NCBI GenBank assembly: GCA_027717655.1
Contig: JALLOH010000005.1
Coordinates: forward strand, 284 to 64,283
Source of the DNA: Acidobacteriia bacterium AH_259_A11_L15
GTDB taxonomy: Bacteria; Acidobacteriota; Terriglobia; Acidiferrales; 2-02-FULL-67-57
Direction of reading: 5' to 3'
DNA: 64,000 nucleotides
Shown here: piece by piece, positions 37,648 to 47,173 of the stretch
How the letters are laid out: the number at the start of each line of letters is the position of its first letter
Numbering within the stretch: position 1 is the first letter of the stretch
Notes under the pieces: model-generated
Told to the model about the DNA's origin: nothing
Database searches by the model: none
What the model saw: only the letters and a program-made list of their open reading frames with translations
Program-made: the position numbers and the translations under genes

Positions 37648-38136
37648 CTACTTCCTCTTTATGAACCAGCCCGGGTATGAATCCGGATCGTCGGTGAGTC
37701 CCGCCTTCACCGGGTTCAGAAACATGTAGTTCAGCTTCTCTTCGAGCTCCGCTTGGTCGCGCACAATCCGGTCGAGAGACTCATCTTGCCATACCCTTCC
37801 GTGACTCCCCCGTCGTTGATTGAGGCGGCGGGCTGTTGCCCCTTTTATGCCTTTCATAGCTCGGCTCAGAGAAACACCTTGATTCGGTCGGAGCAGAAGA
37901 TGGACATGATCAGGAAGGACTACAGCCGCAAGCAGTTCATATAATTCGGGGTCGCCAGAGATGATTTGATCTCGTACCGACAGAATTTCCTCGGTTGTTA
38001 ACTGGCTTGTGGCTATGCGAAAAGTCACAAAATAAGTTGCCCCTTCCAAAGTCCAATGGGGTAAGCGCCGCCTTGTTATCTGGAGTTTCGGCTCATCCAC
38101 TGTCCTGATCGCCCTCATAATTAGTGGGGCAGGCAC
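37648..38136 (-). mobile_element. REP-associated tyrosine transposase (RAYT, IS200/IS605 Y1 HUH family)
   Basis: RRRLPHW...TYFVTFR, LPDHVHLLL (HUH), YMFLNPVKAGL (catalytic Tyr region). Low-GC gene flanked on both sides by CAGAC/GTCTG-stem hairpins. The start may be the ATG at 38118. Confidence 0.85.
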
Positions 38137-38168
38137 TCTTGCCTGCCCGCGCAGACAGGAGTGTCTGC
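38128..38168. repeat. Two REP-type hairpins on the 5' side of the RAYT gene
   Basis: GGCAGGCA-ctct-TGCCTGCC (38128-47) and GCAGACA-ggag-TGTCTGC (38151-68). Confidence 0.6.
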
Positions 38169-38343
38169 GCCACTAGTCTCCAGCCATCAGCCAAGTGCGA
38201 ACCCAACTCGCCACAAGCAAAAACACAACAAAACCAATGGCACTTACCTTCACTTTGAACGAGCGCTCGTTGTCGGGCAGACTCAGCCATTCGTAGGCGC
38301 CGAAGAAGGACCCGATTCCGAAAAGTATGGCGCCCTACACGGC

Positions 38344-38604
38344 CTAGGCCAGCCAAGTATCTGCCTCACCGACCACCGGTGAAAAAAACCAATCTAGTAG
38401 GGGGACCAAAAAAATAAACCCACCAAAGAAAACGCAAACAGCAATGATGCTGCTGAAAACAAAGGCCCTGGCGAGTTTGTCCTGAATTCTTGGATTCAAT
38501 CCCCGCCAGATGTCGCGAAAGAACGCCTGTATTGCTGCGAAGAGAAGCACCAACACCAGCAGAGCTACAAGCACAAAGCCGAAATCTGCGAAGGCTAACT
38601 GCAT
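38344..38604 (-). CDS. Small membrane protein (low-GC patch)
   Basis: 86 aa from the ATG at 38604 with two clear TM segments (FGFVLVALLVLVLLFAAI; SSIIAVCVFFGGFIFLVPLL). The same frame continues past two TAG codons into another TM-like segment (38173-38334). Confidence 0.5.
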   Translation of the reverse strand: MQLAFADFGFVLVALLVLVLLFAAIQAFFRDIWRGLNPRIQDKLARAFVFSSIIAVCVFFGGFIFLVPLLDWFFSPVVGEADTWLA

Positions 38605-38612
38605 TCTTAAGC

Positions 38613-39533
38613 CTAGCCGCCGAGGAGGAGGGACTTGACGACGAAGGCGAGGTTGGCAGGGCGCTCGGCGAGGCGACGCATGAAGTAGGGGAGCCACTCG
38701 CCGCCGAAGGGGATGTAGACCCGCATCTTGTAGCCTTCCTGCACCAGCGCCTCCTGGCGGTCGCGGCGGACGCCGAGGATCATCTGGAACTCCCAGCGGT
38801 CGGGGGCCACCTGCCGCTCGCGGACGATCCGCTTGGCCTCCTCGAGCATCTTCTCATCGTGGGTAGCCACGGCCACCCGGAAGCCGTTGGAGAAGAGGAA
38901 GTGCAGCAGGGCGCGGTAGTTTTCGTCCACTTGCTTCTTCTTGGGGAAGGCCACCGAGCGCGGCTCCCGATAGGCGCCCTTGACCAAGCGGATCTTGGGC
39001 TGCAGCGGCTGCAAGCGCTCCAGGTCGGTCCGGCTGCGATAGAGGTAGGCCTGGATGGCCAAGCCCACGTTGGAGTGCTGGCGGCGGACCGCCTCGAAGA
39101 GGGAAACCGTCGCTTCCGTGGTGGACGAATCTTCCATATCGATTTCCACGAAGTTGTTGAGGGCGGCGGCTTCTTCGACAATGCGCAGGGTGAGCTCCCG
39201 GCAGAGGTCGGGGGCGAAGGTGAGGCCGAGCTGGGTGGGCTTGATGGAGATGCCGCCGGTGATGTTTTTCTCCGCCAGCTCCCGAAGAATCCGCCGGTAG
39301 TTCTGGCAGGTGTCCTCGGCCTCGGAGCGGGCGGTGACGAACTCGCCCAGCTTGTTCATATTGGCCTGCAGGCCCCGGGCGTTCAGCTCCCGGGCCACCC
39401 GCAGCCCGTCCTCCAGGGTCTCGCCGGCGACGAAGCGCCGGGCGAACCCCAGGCGCATCCCCGTGCGCGCAATGGGGCGGGTGAAGGTTTTTTTCTTGGA
39501 GAGCCAGAAGACGAAGTCGCGCAGCAACGGCAT
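38613..39533 (-). CDS. Proline dehydrogenase (monofunctional PRODH)
   Basis: 306 aa. FVAGETLEDGL, ISIKPTQLG, IRLVKGAY, ATHD, PFG..WLPYFMRRLAERPAN. Confidence 0.85.
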   Translation of the reverse strand: MPLLRDFVFWLSKKKTFTRPIARTGMRLGFARRFVAGETLEDGLRVARELNARGLQANMNKLGEFVTARSEAEDTCQNYRRILRELAEKNITGGISIKPTQLGLTFAPDLCRELTLRIVEEAAALNNFVEIDMEDSSTTEATVSLFEAVRRQHSNVGLAIQAYLYRSRTDLERLQPLQPKIRLVKGAYREPRSVAFPKKKQVDENYRALLHFLFSNGFRVAVATHDEKMLEEAKRIVRERQVAPDRWEFQMILGVRRDRQEALVQEGYKMRVYIPFGGEWLPYFMRRLAERPANLAFVVKSLLLGG

Positions 39534-39582
39534 AGGTCAGGACGCTGAAGGGCCGCCGCCCACGGGTTTTCCTCGCCGGCGG

Positions 39583-39933
39583 CTAGCGGCCCGGGAAGCT
39601 TTTGACGGCGGCGGCTTCGTCGTCGAACACTTTGAGCACGTCGGTCAGGCGCGTCAACTCCAGCACTTCCCGCACCCGAGGTGACAGCCGCAGCAGCTTC
39701 AACTGGCCGCCCCGCTTCTCCAGCGAGGTGTAGCCGGAAACCAACGACTTGATCCCCTGGCTGTCGATGCTCGCCACCCGGGAGCAGTCCAGCAGCAGGG
39801 CGCGCTCGCCGCCCTCGATCAGCCGCCGCACGATGGCATCGAGCTTGTCCGAGCCTTCCCCCCAAGTCAGCCGGCCTTCCAACTCCAGCACCACCACGGG
39901 TCCGTTCCGCCGCTCTCTGACCGCGAATGCCAT
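39583..39933 (-). CDS. STAS-domain anti-sigma-factor antagonist
   Basis: VVVLELEGRLT...LLLDCSRVASIDSQGIKSLV...LKLLRLSPRVREVLELTRL is the SpoIIAA pattern with a phosphorylatable Ser. Confidence 0.8.
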   Translation of the reverse strand: MAFAVRERRNGPVVVLELEGRLTWGEGSDKLDAIVRRLIEGGERALLLDCSRVASIDSQGIKSLVSGYTSLEKRGGQLKLLRLSPRVREVLELTRLTDVLKVFDDEAAAVKSFPGR

Positions 39934-39949
39934 TCCCTCTCCCGGTACC

Positions 39950-40423
39950 CTACGCGCGACTTCCGCCCTCCAGAGGGAAACCCCCTGGCCAATCCCGCCT
40001 GATTATACCCCGACCCGGCGACGTTTCCGAGCGCCCGGGGAGCGGCGCCCGGTAGCGCGCCTCCACCGTGGTGCGCAACCCGCCGCGGGGGGCGAACTCG
40101 CCCCGCACCACCGCCCAGACCGGCCGGCAAGCGGCGACCACGTCGCGGAGAATCCGGTTCACCACATTCTCGTAAAAAATCCCCAGGTTGCGATACGCCA
40201 GGAGGTAGTTCTTCAGCGACTTCAGCTCCAGGCACTTCCGGCGGGGCTGGTAGCGGATGACGATGGTGCCGAAGTCCGGCAGCCCCGTCTTCGGGCAGAG
40301 CGAGGTGTATTCGGGGATGGCGGTCGTAATCTCGTAGCCGGGAAACTGGTTCTCCCAGGTCTCGATGGCCGGCAGCTTTGCGCTCACTCCGGCGCGCGCG
40401 TGCTTGCGGGTGTAGTCCGGCAT
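39950..40423 (-). CDS. queF: NADPH-dependent 7-cyano-7-deazaguanine reductase
   Basis: EYTSLCPKTGLPDFGTIVIRY (catalytic Cys), ELKSLKNYLLAYRN, FYENV. Start chosen at MPDYT (40423), downstream of a TG-n-TAAGAT extended -10 box. About 30 aa of C-terminal extension. Confidence 0.85.
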   Translation of the reverse strand: MPDYTRKHARAGVSAKLPAIETWENQFPGYEITTAIPEYTSLCPKTGLPDFGTIVIRYQPRRKCLELKSLKNYLLAYRNLGIFYENVVNRILRDVVAACRPVWAVVRGEFAPRGGLRTTVEARYRAPLPGRSETSPGRGIIRRDWPGGFPLEGGSRA

Positions 40424-40485
40424 ATTTTTTGGCCTCAGCGCGGCGGCCATCTTAGCACAGGCGCCCGGGAGGGTTTCTTGACAGC

Positions 40486-43155
40486 TTGGCCGACTCCCCA
40501 TTACTCTGGTGCGTTTGGAACCGGGCAGGACGACGCGCCGAACGAAGGTCCGCGGCATCCGGCGCTAGCAATCCGCCATCTAACAGGAGTGCACCCAAAG
40601 AACCGGCGCAGGAAACCTTGACCCCGCCCCGACCCCAACTCATTCTCTTCTGCCTGCTGGCGGCGCTGCTGCTGGCGCCGAGCTTGAGCGCCCAGCAGAG
40701 CGGCCAGGTCTACGGTCACGTGCGCACGCTGGACGCCGAGGGCCAACTGCTCCGTCTCCGCGGCGTCCAACTGGTCTTGACTTCCACGGCCGACCCCAGC
40801 CTCCGCTTCCAGACCCAGAGCGACGACACCGGCGCTTACAGCTTCACCGGCCTCCCGCCCGGCACCTATACGCTGAAGGCTACCCTGGAAGGCTACGACG
40901 AAAAGACGCAGGAAGTAGTGGTGGAAGCCGGAGCGCTGCTGGAAGTCACAATCGAACTGGTGCTGGAGGCCCTCCGGGAACGGGTAACCGTGGAGGCGGA
41001 ACCGGAAGGCATCCAGCCGGAGGAAACCACCACCCGGGAGCGGATTCAGAGCCAGACCCTGAGAAACGCCCCCTTGACCGCCGAGCGCTTCGTGGAAGCG
41101 CTGCCACTGGTGCCGGGGGTGGTGCGGGGGCCGGACGGGCTGATCAACATCAAGGGAGCCAGCTCGACCGAGACCGGCTGGCTGGTCAACAGCGCCAACG
41201 TGACCGACCCGGTCACCGGCGACAAAGCCATCGCTCTGCCCATTGAGGTCATCCAGACGGTGGAAGTCCTCCCGAATCCCTACGACGCCCAGTACGGGAA
41301 GTTCGCCGGGGCGGTCACCACCGTGGAAACCAAACCCTCGGCCGACAAGTTCACCTTCAAGATCGATAACTTCCTGCCCCGCCTGCGCCGCCGCAACGAC
41401 GCCATTCGCGGAATCGAGTCCGCCACTCCGCGGGTGACTTTCAGCGGGCCCATCGTCCAAGGCCGCTTCGCCTTCCTGCAATCCTTCGAGTACCGGCTGA
41501 ACCGGGCGCCCACCACCAGCCTCCCGGAGCTGGTGCAGGACACCACCATCGAGAGCTTCGACTCCTTCACCCAGTTCGACGTCACCTTCACTCCCACCCA
41601 CCGGCTCACCCCCGTGTTCAGCGTCTACCCGGAGAAACAACAATTCGCCACCCTGGACACTTTCAATCCCCAGCCAGCCACCGCCAACTATCGCCAGCGG
41701 GGCTGGATGGGCGGGGGGCGAGACCAGTACATCTTCTCCAACGGCTCGCTGCTCGAATCCCAGTTCAGCGTGAAGGAATTCGACGCCGACATCTTCCCGG
41801 CCGGGCTGGGAGAAGAGTTCCTGCGCCCGCCGGTCTGCGACATCGGCGCCTTTCCGGCCAACACCCTGCTGACCTTCGTCCTCCGCCCCGAGTGCAACCT
41901 GGGCAGCTTCTTCAACATCCAGAACCGCACCAGCCGCCGCTACGAATGGCTGGAACAATACAACTTCGCCCCTATGCAGGGCCGCGGCCAGCACCAGGTC
42001 AAGGTTGGCTTCGCCTTCTCGCGCGCCACCTTCCGCGGGTTCCACTTCGGCCAGCCGGTGGAAGTGCGCCGGAACGACGGCACGGTCTCGGAGCGCATCG
42101 AGTTCGTGGGCAATCCGGAAATCGACCGCGACATCACCGAGTACACCCTCTTCCTCCACGACAAGTGGAACGTGCACCCGCGGCTGACCCTCGACCTAGG
42201 CCTCCGCTACGACTACGACACCATCGCCAACGAGAGCAACCTCGCCCCGCGCCTGGCCTTCGCCTACGTGCTCACCTCCGATAACAAGACCCTGCTGCGC
42301 GCCGGCGTGGGGCTGTTCTACGACAAGGTGCCCCTGAACGTAGGCTACTTCCCCCAGTTGCAGCGGCGAGTGGTTACGCTGTTTGACCCGGCGGGCAACC
42401 CCCTGGGGCCGCCGCGACGCTTCGTGAACCGGCTGGAGGACCCGGAGAACCCGCGCAACCTCGCCTTCAGCCTGGAGCTCGACCGCGAACTCCGCCCGGG
42501 CCTGCTCCTGCGCCTCGCCTATATGCAGCGGGAGGGGCGGGACGAATACATCGTGGAGCCTTTCGACAACCTTTTCGGCGTCCCCACCCTGCAAGCCGCT
42601 TCCCGCGGCCGCAGCCGCTACCGCGAGTTCCAGGTGACCACCAACTGGCGCTTCCAGGAGGATAGCTTCCTGAACATCTCCTACGTGCACTCGGAATCGG
42701 CGGGCGACCTGAACACCTTCCCGCAGTTCTTCGGCAACTTCGAGAACCCCATCATCCGGCCCAACGAGCGCTCCCGGTCCAACGTGGACGTGCCCGACCG
42801 GCTGCTGGTCTGGGGGGAGATCGAGCTGCCCTACGGGGTGCGCTGGTCGCCGGTCCTCGACTGGCGCAGCGGCTTCCCCTTCTCCCTGCTGGACGAAACC
42901 CAAAACTTCGTCGGGGCCCGCAACCAGGGCGGGCGCTTCCCGCAGTTCGCCTCCTTCGACTTCCAGCTCTTCAAGGATTTCCGCGTGAAGGCCTACGGCA
43001 AGGTGCGCCGGATCCGTGTGGGCTTCAAGGTGTTCAACGTCTTCGACCACTTCAACCCCCGCGACATCCAGAACAACATCGATGCCTTCACCGGGCTGGG
43101 GTTGTTCAACTCCCGCGGGCGGATCTTCCGCGGCAAATTCGGCATCGAGTTCTAG
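40486..43155 (+). CDS. TonB-dependent receptor-like outer-membrane protein with an N-terminal CarboxypepD_reg domain (Oar-like)
   Basis: Signal peptide, YGHVRT...DTGAYSFTGLPPGTYTLKA, plug region (LPLVPGVV...NIKGAS...VEVLPNPYDAQYG), and a C-terminal ...FGIEF. A likely later start is the TTG at 40618 (TPPRPQLILFCLL). Confidence 0.85.
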   Translation: MADSPLLWCVWNRAGRRAERRSAASGASNPPSNRSAPKEPAQETLTPPRPQLILFCLLAALLLAPSLSAQQSGQVYGHVRTLDAEGQLLRLRGVQLVLTSTADPSLRFQTQSDDTGAYSFTGLPPGTYTLKATLEGYDEKTQEVVVEAGALLEVTIELVLEALRERVTVEAEPEGIQPEETTTRERIQSQTLRNAPLTAERFVEALPLVPGVVRGPDGLINIKGASSTETGWLVNSANVTDPVTGDKAIALPIEVIQTVEVLPNPYDAQYGKFAGAVTTVETKPSADKFTFKIDNFLPRLRRRNDAIRGIESATPRVTFSGPIVQGRFAFLQSFEYRLNRAPTTSLPELVQDTTIESFDSFTQFDVTFTPTHRLTPVFSVYPEKQQFATLDTFNPQPATANYRQRGWMGGGRDQYIFSNGSLLESQFSVKEFDADIFPAGLGEEFLRPPVCDIGAFPANTLLTFVLRPECNLGSFFNIQNRTSRRYEWLEQYNFAPMQGRGQHQVKVGFAFSRATFRGFHFGQPVEVRRNDGTVSERIEFVGNPEIDRDITEYTLFLHDKWNVHPRLTLDLGLRYDYDTIANESNLAPRLAFAYVLTSDNKTLLRAGVGLFYDKVPLNVGYFPQLQRRVVTLFDPAGNPLGPPRRFVNRLEDPENPRNLAFSLELDRELRPGLLLRLAYMQREGRDEYIVEPFDNLFGVPTLQAASRGRSRYREFQVTTNWRFQEDSFLNISYVHSESAGDLNTFPQFFGNFENPIIRPNERSRSNVDVPDRLLVWGEIELPYGVRWSPVLDWRSGFPFSLLDETQNFVGARNQGGRFPQFASFDFQLFKDFRVKAYGKVRRIRVGFKVFNVFDHFNPRDIQNNIDAFTGLGLFNSRGRIFRGKFGIEF

Positions 43156-43177
43156 CCCGGCCGTGTCCGTCGGCTTC

Positions 43178-43927
43178 ATGCGCCTTCGTCCTGCCCGGTT
43201 CCTGGCCAGCCTGGTGGTAACGGGACTGCTGCTGCCGGCCGCGGCCAGCCCGCCGCCGCCGCCCTTGTCGCAGTCCACCCCGGCCGAGAGCCTGAGGACC
43301 GAAGCCATCGTCGAGCGGCTGATGGCCGCCAACCGCCAGCGGGACGAACTCCTGGCCGGCTGGCAGGTGCGGCGCCGCTACCACCTCACCAACGAAATCT
43401 ACGAGAAAGAAGTCGAGCGCATCGTCGATGTTACCTTCCGCGCCCCCCATGAGCTGAGCTTCGAAATGGTTCGAGAGCAAGGCTCCGGCTTCGTGGCCAA
43501 GCGCGTCTTCGACCGCATGATGGAAGGCGAGCAAGAGGCCCTGGAGCCGGAGAACAAGCGCCGCAGCGCCATGACCCCGCAGAACTACGACTTCCGCCTG
43601 CTCGGCCAGGAGACGCTCGAGGGCCGCCCGGCCTACCAGTTGGAAGTGACCCCCCGGCGCGAAGACACCTTCCTCTTCCAGGGAACCATCTGGGTGGACA
43701 CGGAAGACTTCGCGGTGGTGCGCGCCCAAGGCAAGCCGGCCAAGCGCCCCTCCTTCTGGACCCGGGACATTGACTTCCTCCGCACCTTCAAGAAGGTGGG
43801 GCCGTTCTGGCTGCCCGCCCGCACCGAGAGCGTCACCGAGGTCCTCCTGTTCGGCACCACCTGGACCACCATCGAAAACGGCGACTACAAGGTTCGGCTG
43901 AACTCCTCGGCCGGCGGGCGGCCGTGA
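43178..43927 (+). CDS. LolA-like outer-membrane lipoprotein-sorting-fold protein
   Basis: Signal peptide MRLRPARFLASLVVTGLLLPAAA, then YQLEVTPRRED.FLFQGTIWVDTEDFAVVR. Family assigned from memory of LolA_like proteins. Confidence 0.55.
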   Translation: MRLRPARFLASLVVTGLLLPAAASPPPPPLSQSTPAESLRTEAIVERLMAANRQRDELLAGWQVRRRYHLTNEIYEKEVERIVDVTFRAPHELSFEMVREQGSGFVAKRVFDRMMEGEQEALEPENKRRSAMTPQNYDFRLLGQETLEGRPAYQLEVTPRREDTFLFQGTIWVDTEDFAVVRAQGKPAKRPSFWTRDIDFLRTFKKVGPFWLPARTESVTEVLLFGTTWTTIENGDYKVRLNSSAGGRP

Positions 43928-43955
43928 AAAAATTCTTCTTGCCCGTCCCGCGACG

Positions 43956-44786
43956 ATGCGACAGAATCCCCTGATGCCTGCTACGGCGATCATCCTGGCG
44001 GCGGGCCGTGGCCGCCGGTTGGGCGAGCTGACCGACCAGCGCCCCAAGTGCCTCCTCCGGGTGGGGCGCCTGAGCCTGATCGAGCATCAGTTGGAGGCCC
44101 TGCGCACCTGCGGGGTCGAGCGGGTGGCAGTGGTAGTGGGCTACCACGGCGAAGCGGTGGAAGCTTGCCTGCGGGGCCGGGCCTGCTTCCTCACCAATCC
44201 CCGCCCCCAGAGCACCAACAGCCTGTACTCGCTGTGGCTGGCCCGCGAGCACGCCCGGGAGGGGTTCCTGCTGCTGAACGCCGACGTGCTCTTCGACCCG
44301 GAAATCCTCCGCCGCGTCTCGGACTCCCCCTACCCGGCCGCGCTGGCGGTGGAGCGGCGGGAGCGCTTCGACGCGGAAGAGATGAAGGTGGAACTCGAGG
44401 GGGACCGCATCCGGGCGATGGGCAAGGCGCTGGAGCCGGGGTGCGCCCACGCGGAAAACGTGGGGGTGCTGAAGTTCTCGACCGAAGGCGCCCGGGTGCT
44501 CTTCGACCGTATGGAAGAGCTGCTGGCTGCCGGGGCGGAGAAGGAGTTCGTCCCCTACGCCTTCAACGCCCTCGCCGCTGACTACCCGCTGCACGCCGTC
44601 TGCATCGAAGGCCTGCCCTGGATCGAGATTGACTTTCCCGAGGACTTGCGGCGGGCCCGCGAGGAAGTCTGGCCCGCCATCCTGGCCCGCAGCCCAGCGC
44701 CCGCCGGCGTGGGCCCGCCTGCCGGTCGGGCAGGCCTGGCGTCCGCGGACCGGGCGGCAAACCCTTCCTCGGTTCCGGGCAACTAA
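43956..44786 (+). CDS. LicC/PntC-like nucleotidyl(cytidylyl)transferase
   Basis: AIILAAGRGRRLG...RPKCLL, LNADVLFD, WIEIDFPEDL. Low-complexity C-terminal tail. Confidence 0.75.
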   Translation: MRQNPLMPATAIILAAGRGRRLGELTDQRPKCLLRVGRLSLIEHQLEALRTCGVERVAVVVGYHGEAVEACLRGRACFLTNPRPQSTNSLYSLWLAREHAREGFLLLNADVLFDPEILRRVSDSPYPAALAVERRERFDAEEMKVELEGDRIRAMGKALEPGCAHAENVGVLKFSTEGARVLFDRMEELLAAGAEKEFVPYAFNALAADYPLHAVCIEGLPWIEIDFPEDLRRAREEVWPAILARSPAPAGVGPPAGRAGLASADRAANPSSVPGN

Positions 44787-44822
44787 AGGAGCAAGAGCAG
44801 GCGAACACGGGCAGCACAGGAG

Positions 44823-47168
44823 ATGCCAACCACGCAGGCGACCGGCAGCACGGCGCGGCGGCTGACGGCCCTCAGCCTGGGGGGTCTCCTTCTCTTCCCT
44901 CTCCCCGCCGCCGCCCAGCCTCCCCAGCACCAGCCCATACTCGGCCGGCTGCTTGAGCCGGGAACTACCCGGGTGGTGGTTCAGGCGGAGTTCTGCCGCT
45001 GCGGCCCGCCCGCCGCCTTCCAGGCCGCCCTGCCCGGAGGCGACGTTCTCCTGCTGACCATCGGCACCGAGAGCGGGAGCGAGGACCAGCTCCACTTCCA
45101 CCCCCTGGCCAGCCTCGCCTTTGACCGCACACTCAGCCAAGAAGGAACCGGCCAGTGGATGGCGCTGTGGGTCTACGGCCCCTCGCCCGCCGGTTGGCGA
45201 CGCACTCTGCGGGCTGTGCTCCCGCTGCCGGCCGGGGCCCCCCAAGCCTCCGAAAAGGATCTCGCGCGGCTGGACGACTGGCTTGGGGAGATTCGCCGCG
45301 CGCCCGAGGACGCTGCCTTGCCGGTGCCCGACCCGGTGGTGCAACTCATCAACCTGGGCCGCGCCTCCCGCAGCCAGGGCATCCTGGGGGGGCTGCGGCG
45401 AGGGCTGGTGTGGGCGAACCTGGTCAACCCGGCGCAGTACCTCTTCCGCACCTATCTCTCCCGGCGCAAGGACCGCCGGGAGCGCAACTTCCAGCGCGCT
45501 TACCTGGCCCTGCAATGGCTGCTCGATGTGGCCTACACGGGCGAGCAGGAGGCCGACTGGCTGGCGAGCGTGAACGAGCTCCGCTTCCACCTGCTGCGGA
45601 ACCGGTCGTTCTTCGGCCGCTGGGTGCTGCACGCCGACGCCCTGGAGTTGATCTACAACTATGAGAGCAGCATGCGGGTGAAGGTGGGCAAGGCCTCCTC
45701 TTGGTTGCAAAGCGCCGCCAACGAACACTCCCTCCGCTACCAGCCCTTCTACCGCTTCACCGAGAATGGGGCCGCCTTCCCCATCGGCGGCGTGCTCTAC
45801 TACGACCCCCGCCTGGGGGCGGCGCCCGACGCCGACTGGTGGGGGGTCGCCAACCCCTTCGACCTCCCCTACAACCCGCACACGCACCCCGAGGTGCAGC
45901 GGCTGGCGCGCGAGCATCCGGACGAGCTGATCCCGCTGAGCGTCTACACCTTCCAGACCGACTTGGCCCTGCGGCCCATCATCGCCATCGACTTTTTCGC
46001 CCCCGGCAACCCCGGCAGCCGCGAGAGCAGCCAGCAGATGATGGTGCTGGTCAAGAACTGGCTGGCCATCACCACGGGGTCGCTCTCGGTGGAGCGCATC
46101 CCCTACCGGCTCATCGCCTGGGCCGCCAACAAGAAAGGCTTCACCCGCCTGGTGGACAAAAGCTCCCGCCTGGGCATCGAAGAGCTGCGCCTGGCCCTGG
46201 AGGCCGAACTCTACTTCGACCCGCAGCTCCGCCCCCTGCTGCAGCAGCGCGCCGACCAGCGGGTGCTCAACCCCCTGATCAAGCCCGGCCCGGTAGAGGA
46301 GCGCCTGGCCCATATCCAGTACGAAAGCCTGCTGGCCCTCGATGGCCGCGCGCTCTGCCGCACCCTGGCCCGGGTGCGGGAAGAGATGAACCAGCGGCTG
46401 GAAGTTCCCGACGGGTTGCCTCCGGCCGAGCAACGCCGCGAGCTGGCCCGGCGGCTGGTGGCCTGGAACCAGCAGCTCCGCCTGGAGGATTTCCTGGCGC
46501 AGCCGATGGGAGACTTCGGCTCTCTCGCCGCCCTGAGAGACCCCCTGGAGTTCTTCCTGCAAGCCGACCCGCCGGACAGGGAAGAGCTGGAGGACGTGCT
46601 GGGCGAGCTGTACGCCAAGCTTTACATCCAGCAGCTCCGCCTGCCCTCCGGCCACAGCGTCCCCGAGCTGGAAGCCGCCCTGGAGTTGACCCGGCGCGTC
46701 TGGGAGCGAGTGGCGATCGAGCGAGACTTCGCCGCCCGCCAGGCCAAAGTGGAACAACACGCCCGGCGGCGCGAAGAAAAGGAGCAGCGCGAGCGCGAGA
46801 AACGACGACGCCGCGCCCTGCGCGAGTTCGTCGAGAGCTGCCACCAGCAACTCAAGCAAGCCCGCCGCGCCGGCTGCGGCGCTGCCACCGACGCCCCCGC
46901 CCAGCTCGACGCCCACCTGGTGCTGCTCTGGGAAGTGCTGCTGGCGGCCCAGGCCGACGAGAACCTGCGCGCCGAGTTCCAGCGCCACGCCCCCCGCCTG
47001 CGCCGCGACTTGATTCGCCTGGAAGACGCCCTGCGCGGCTGCCCGGCGGGGACCGACTCCTGGGTGGCCGACCGGACAAATTCTTATTTGCACCTGGTCC
47101 GCGCCCTGCAAGCCGAACTGGAGCGCGCCTCCAGCAACACCGGGGCGCAGGCCGCCGGAGGAGGCTAG
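44823..47168 (+). CDS. Large secreted hypothetical protein
   Basis: 781 aa with a signal peptide (LLLFPLPAAAQ) and a C-terminal coiled coil (EQHARRREEKEQREREKRRRR). No recognisable catalytic motif. Confidence 0.6.
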   Translation: MPTTQATGSTARRLTALSLGGLLLFPLPAAAQPPQHQPILGRLLEPGTTRVVVQAEFCRCGPPAAFQAALPGGDVLLLTIGTESGSEDQLHFHPLASLAFDRTLSQEGTGQWMALWVYGPSPAGWRRTLRAVLPLPAGAPQASEKDLARLDDWLGEIRRAPEDAALPVPDPVVQLINLGRASRSQGILGGLRRGLVWANLVNPAQYLFRTYLSRRKDRRERNFQRAYLALQWLLDVAYTGEQEADWLASVNELRFHLLRNRSFFGRWVLHADALELIYNYESSMRVKVGKASSWLQSAANEHSLRYQPFYRFTENGAAFPIGGVLYYDPRLGAAPDADWWGVANPFDLPYNPHTHPEVQRLAREHPDELIPLSVYTFQTDLALRPIIAIDFFAPGNPGSRESSQQMMVLVKNWLAITTGSLSVERIPYRLIAWAANKKGFTRLVDKSSRLGIEELRLALEAELYFDPQLRPLLQQRADQRVLNPLIKPGPVEERLAHIQYESLLALDGRALCRTLARVREEMNQRLEVPDGLPPAEQRRELARRLVAWNQQLRLEDFLAQPMGDFGSLAALRDPLEFFLQADPPDREELEDVLGELYAKLYIQQLRLPSGHSVPELEAALELTRRVWERVAIERDFAARQAKVEQHARRREEKEQREREKRRRRALREFVESCHQQLKQARRAGCGAATDAPAQLDAHLVLLWEVLLAAQADENLRAEFQRHAPRLRRDLIRLEDALRGCPAGTDSWVADRTNSYLHLVRALQAELERASSNTGAQAAGGG

Positions 47169-47173
47169 CCGGT

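Noticed and set aside
40424-40485. preQ1 riboswitch upstream of queF.
   Set aside because: The leader is only about 25-60 nt. I could not find the conserved preQ1-I/II loop motifs by eye; only a TG-n-TAAGAT promoter-like element is visible.
45701-47173. N-terminal 491 aa of the 1395-aa ORF 45701-49888.
   Set aside because: It overlaps the well-behaved ORF 44823-47168 in another frame and is Arg/Pro-rich. A Met followed by a signal peptide at 47174 gives a sensible start 5 nt after the upstream stop.
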